Positions 62,744 through 64,000 of a stretch of DNA of 64,000 bases are shown here, piece after piece. How positions within the stretch are numbered: the first letter of the stretch is position 1; every line of letters starts with the position of its first letter. Position numbers and translations under genes: made by a program. The notes beneath the pieces are model-generated. The model made no database searches, was not told the origin of the DNA, and saw only the letters and a list, made by a program, of their open reading frames with translations. The stretch lies in contig OX597840.1 in NCBI GenBank assembly GCA_951406725.2, forward strand, positions 7,874,001 to 7,938,000, in the 5' to 3' direction. This DNA comes from Octopus vulgaris (taxonomy: Eukaryota).

Positions 62744-63164
62744 GGATCTTTTCGGTTTGAACGGCAGTTTTTTCTAGCGGTGTCATATGAAATTGTCACC
62801 CATAATTATGACCCTAGTATCGATCTATTGCATTTCAATCTGTTTTAGGGTTAGGGTTAGGGGTGGGGGGAAGGGTATCTTTTTTTCTTCAGAAATGTAA
62901 ATAAACCCAATCTGTTTCTTAAACGAGGGACATATTCATATGGCACAGAATGTTTTTTTTTTACCTCAATAGACGTCATTGATTGGTTGAAATTGCAGAA
63001 ATTGAAGAAAAAAAACAACAAATATCTTACAAACTATAGAGTTTTCTCAATAAAGCCAAGAGAAAAAGATGTTTTATAAACACATTCTACCAGTATACGA
63101 AGTTTAAAAGTGTTTAGTTACCTAGAAATTATGTTAAAAACTGCCCTTCAAACAGAAAAGACCC
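62744..63164 (+). mobile_element. Same Merlin-like MITE, copy 2, with internal TTAGGG repeats
   Basis: TSD ctcattct at 62736-62743 and 63165-63172; near identical to 61378-61790; ttagggttagggttagggg at ~62845-62863. Confidence 0.85.
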
Positions 63165-63654
63165 CTCATTCTCACTGTTTGTCACTGACACACACACACA
63201 CATATATGTGTGGGTGTGTATGACTACATACATAGACGTAGATATATAACTTCATACATGTAAAGATATATATATAGTAGCCTAGTGTATGTGTATATAT
63301 TTATATATATGTGCGTGTGTATATATGTGGATGTATTGTTGTAGCTACATAATGTGATGTTTGTATAACTTTCCTGTAGAATGCAGAGCCAACATAAATA
63401 AACGACTAAATTTAATCTACCCCGGGTTAACTTTCTTCTTTAATTCACGGTTCGCAATCAAGAATTTCTCATGGATTAATGTTATGGCAGTGAAATGGGA
63501 GAATCAGAAGAGCACCAGACAAAATGCTTTGAGGATTCTTTCTTTTTTGTTTCTCTAAAGATTTGCTTAATCCTTTTAGTATTCAGATTAATCTGTCGTA
63601 TGTCTTGCAAACGACTTGCACATCATGCAAGTGCTACCAGTCAAGAACTACACA

Positions 63655-64000
63655 TACCTTGACTGTCATCAGCCAGGTTTTTCGTTGTCCACCACATCGC
63701 TTTCGCCAACCCTGAAGGGGAGCTGGGGCAATTGCTTCGTAGATGTATTCTCCTGGTTGACAACGGAGGGCATGACCCACCCAGCCAATGCAGACGTCTC
63801 GTTAGGATGACTTGTCGGAGGGAAGTGATTCTGCACTGGTGTCGCACCGAATTGTTGGAGACAGAGTGCACCACATCGCTTTCGCCAACACTGAAGGGGA
63901 GCTGGGGCAATTGCTTTGTAGATGCATTCTCCTGGTTGACGACGGAGGGCGTGACCCCAGCCAATGCAGACGTCTCGTTAGGATGACTTGTGGGAGGGAG
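63655..64000 (-). mobile_element. RTE-clade LINE C-terminal fragment with a 179-bp internal tandem duplication
   Basis: Minus strand reads, across a small indel, LRQVILTRRLHWLG..HALRCQPGEYIYEAIAPAPLQGWRKRCGGQRKTWLMTVK; the unit repeats at 63690 and 63869. Confidence 0.75.

Overview
AT-rich, microsatellite-laden animal genomic DNA. The repeat families look like those of an octopus (coleoid cephalopod); this is recognition from memory, not a database result. One protein-coding gene is supported: the 3' end of a PICALM/AP180-family clathrin-assembly gene on the + strand. It has four coding exons with consistent splice phases (10213-10260, 20472-20622, 21835-21925, 26944-27114, ending ...NDPFGAL*), then a 3'-UTR intron and a probable long terminal exon from 29132. 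The rest is repeats: at least four SINE families, RTE and CR1 LINE remnants, a deleted mariner, hAT, piggyBac-like, Tc1/pogo and Merlin-like MITEs with clear TSDs, Helitron-like pieces, a tRNA-Leu(CAA) pseudogene and very long (TA/TG)n tracts. Almost all ORFs in the supplied track are microsatellite or SINE artefacts. The most interesting signal is a set of non-coding, often fold-back elements, mostly in (TA)n or AT-rich sequence, that carry about ten minimal type I hammerhead-ribozyme-like motifs (CUGANGA...GAAA with a palindromic, dimer-type stem III). They resemble non-autonomous Penelope-like or retrozyme-like elements. Two palindromic copies with a flipped central loop flank the last coding exon. 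No ribozyme activity can be shown from sequence alone, and most copies carry core substitutions.
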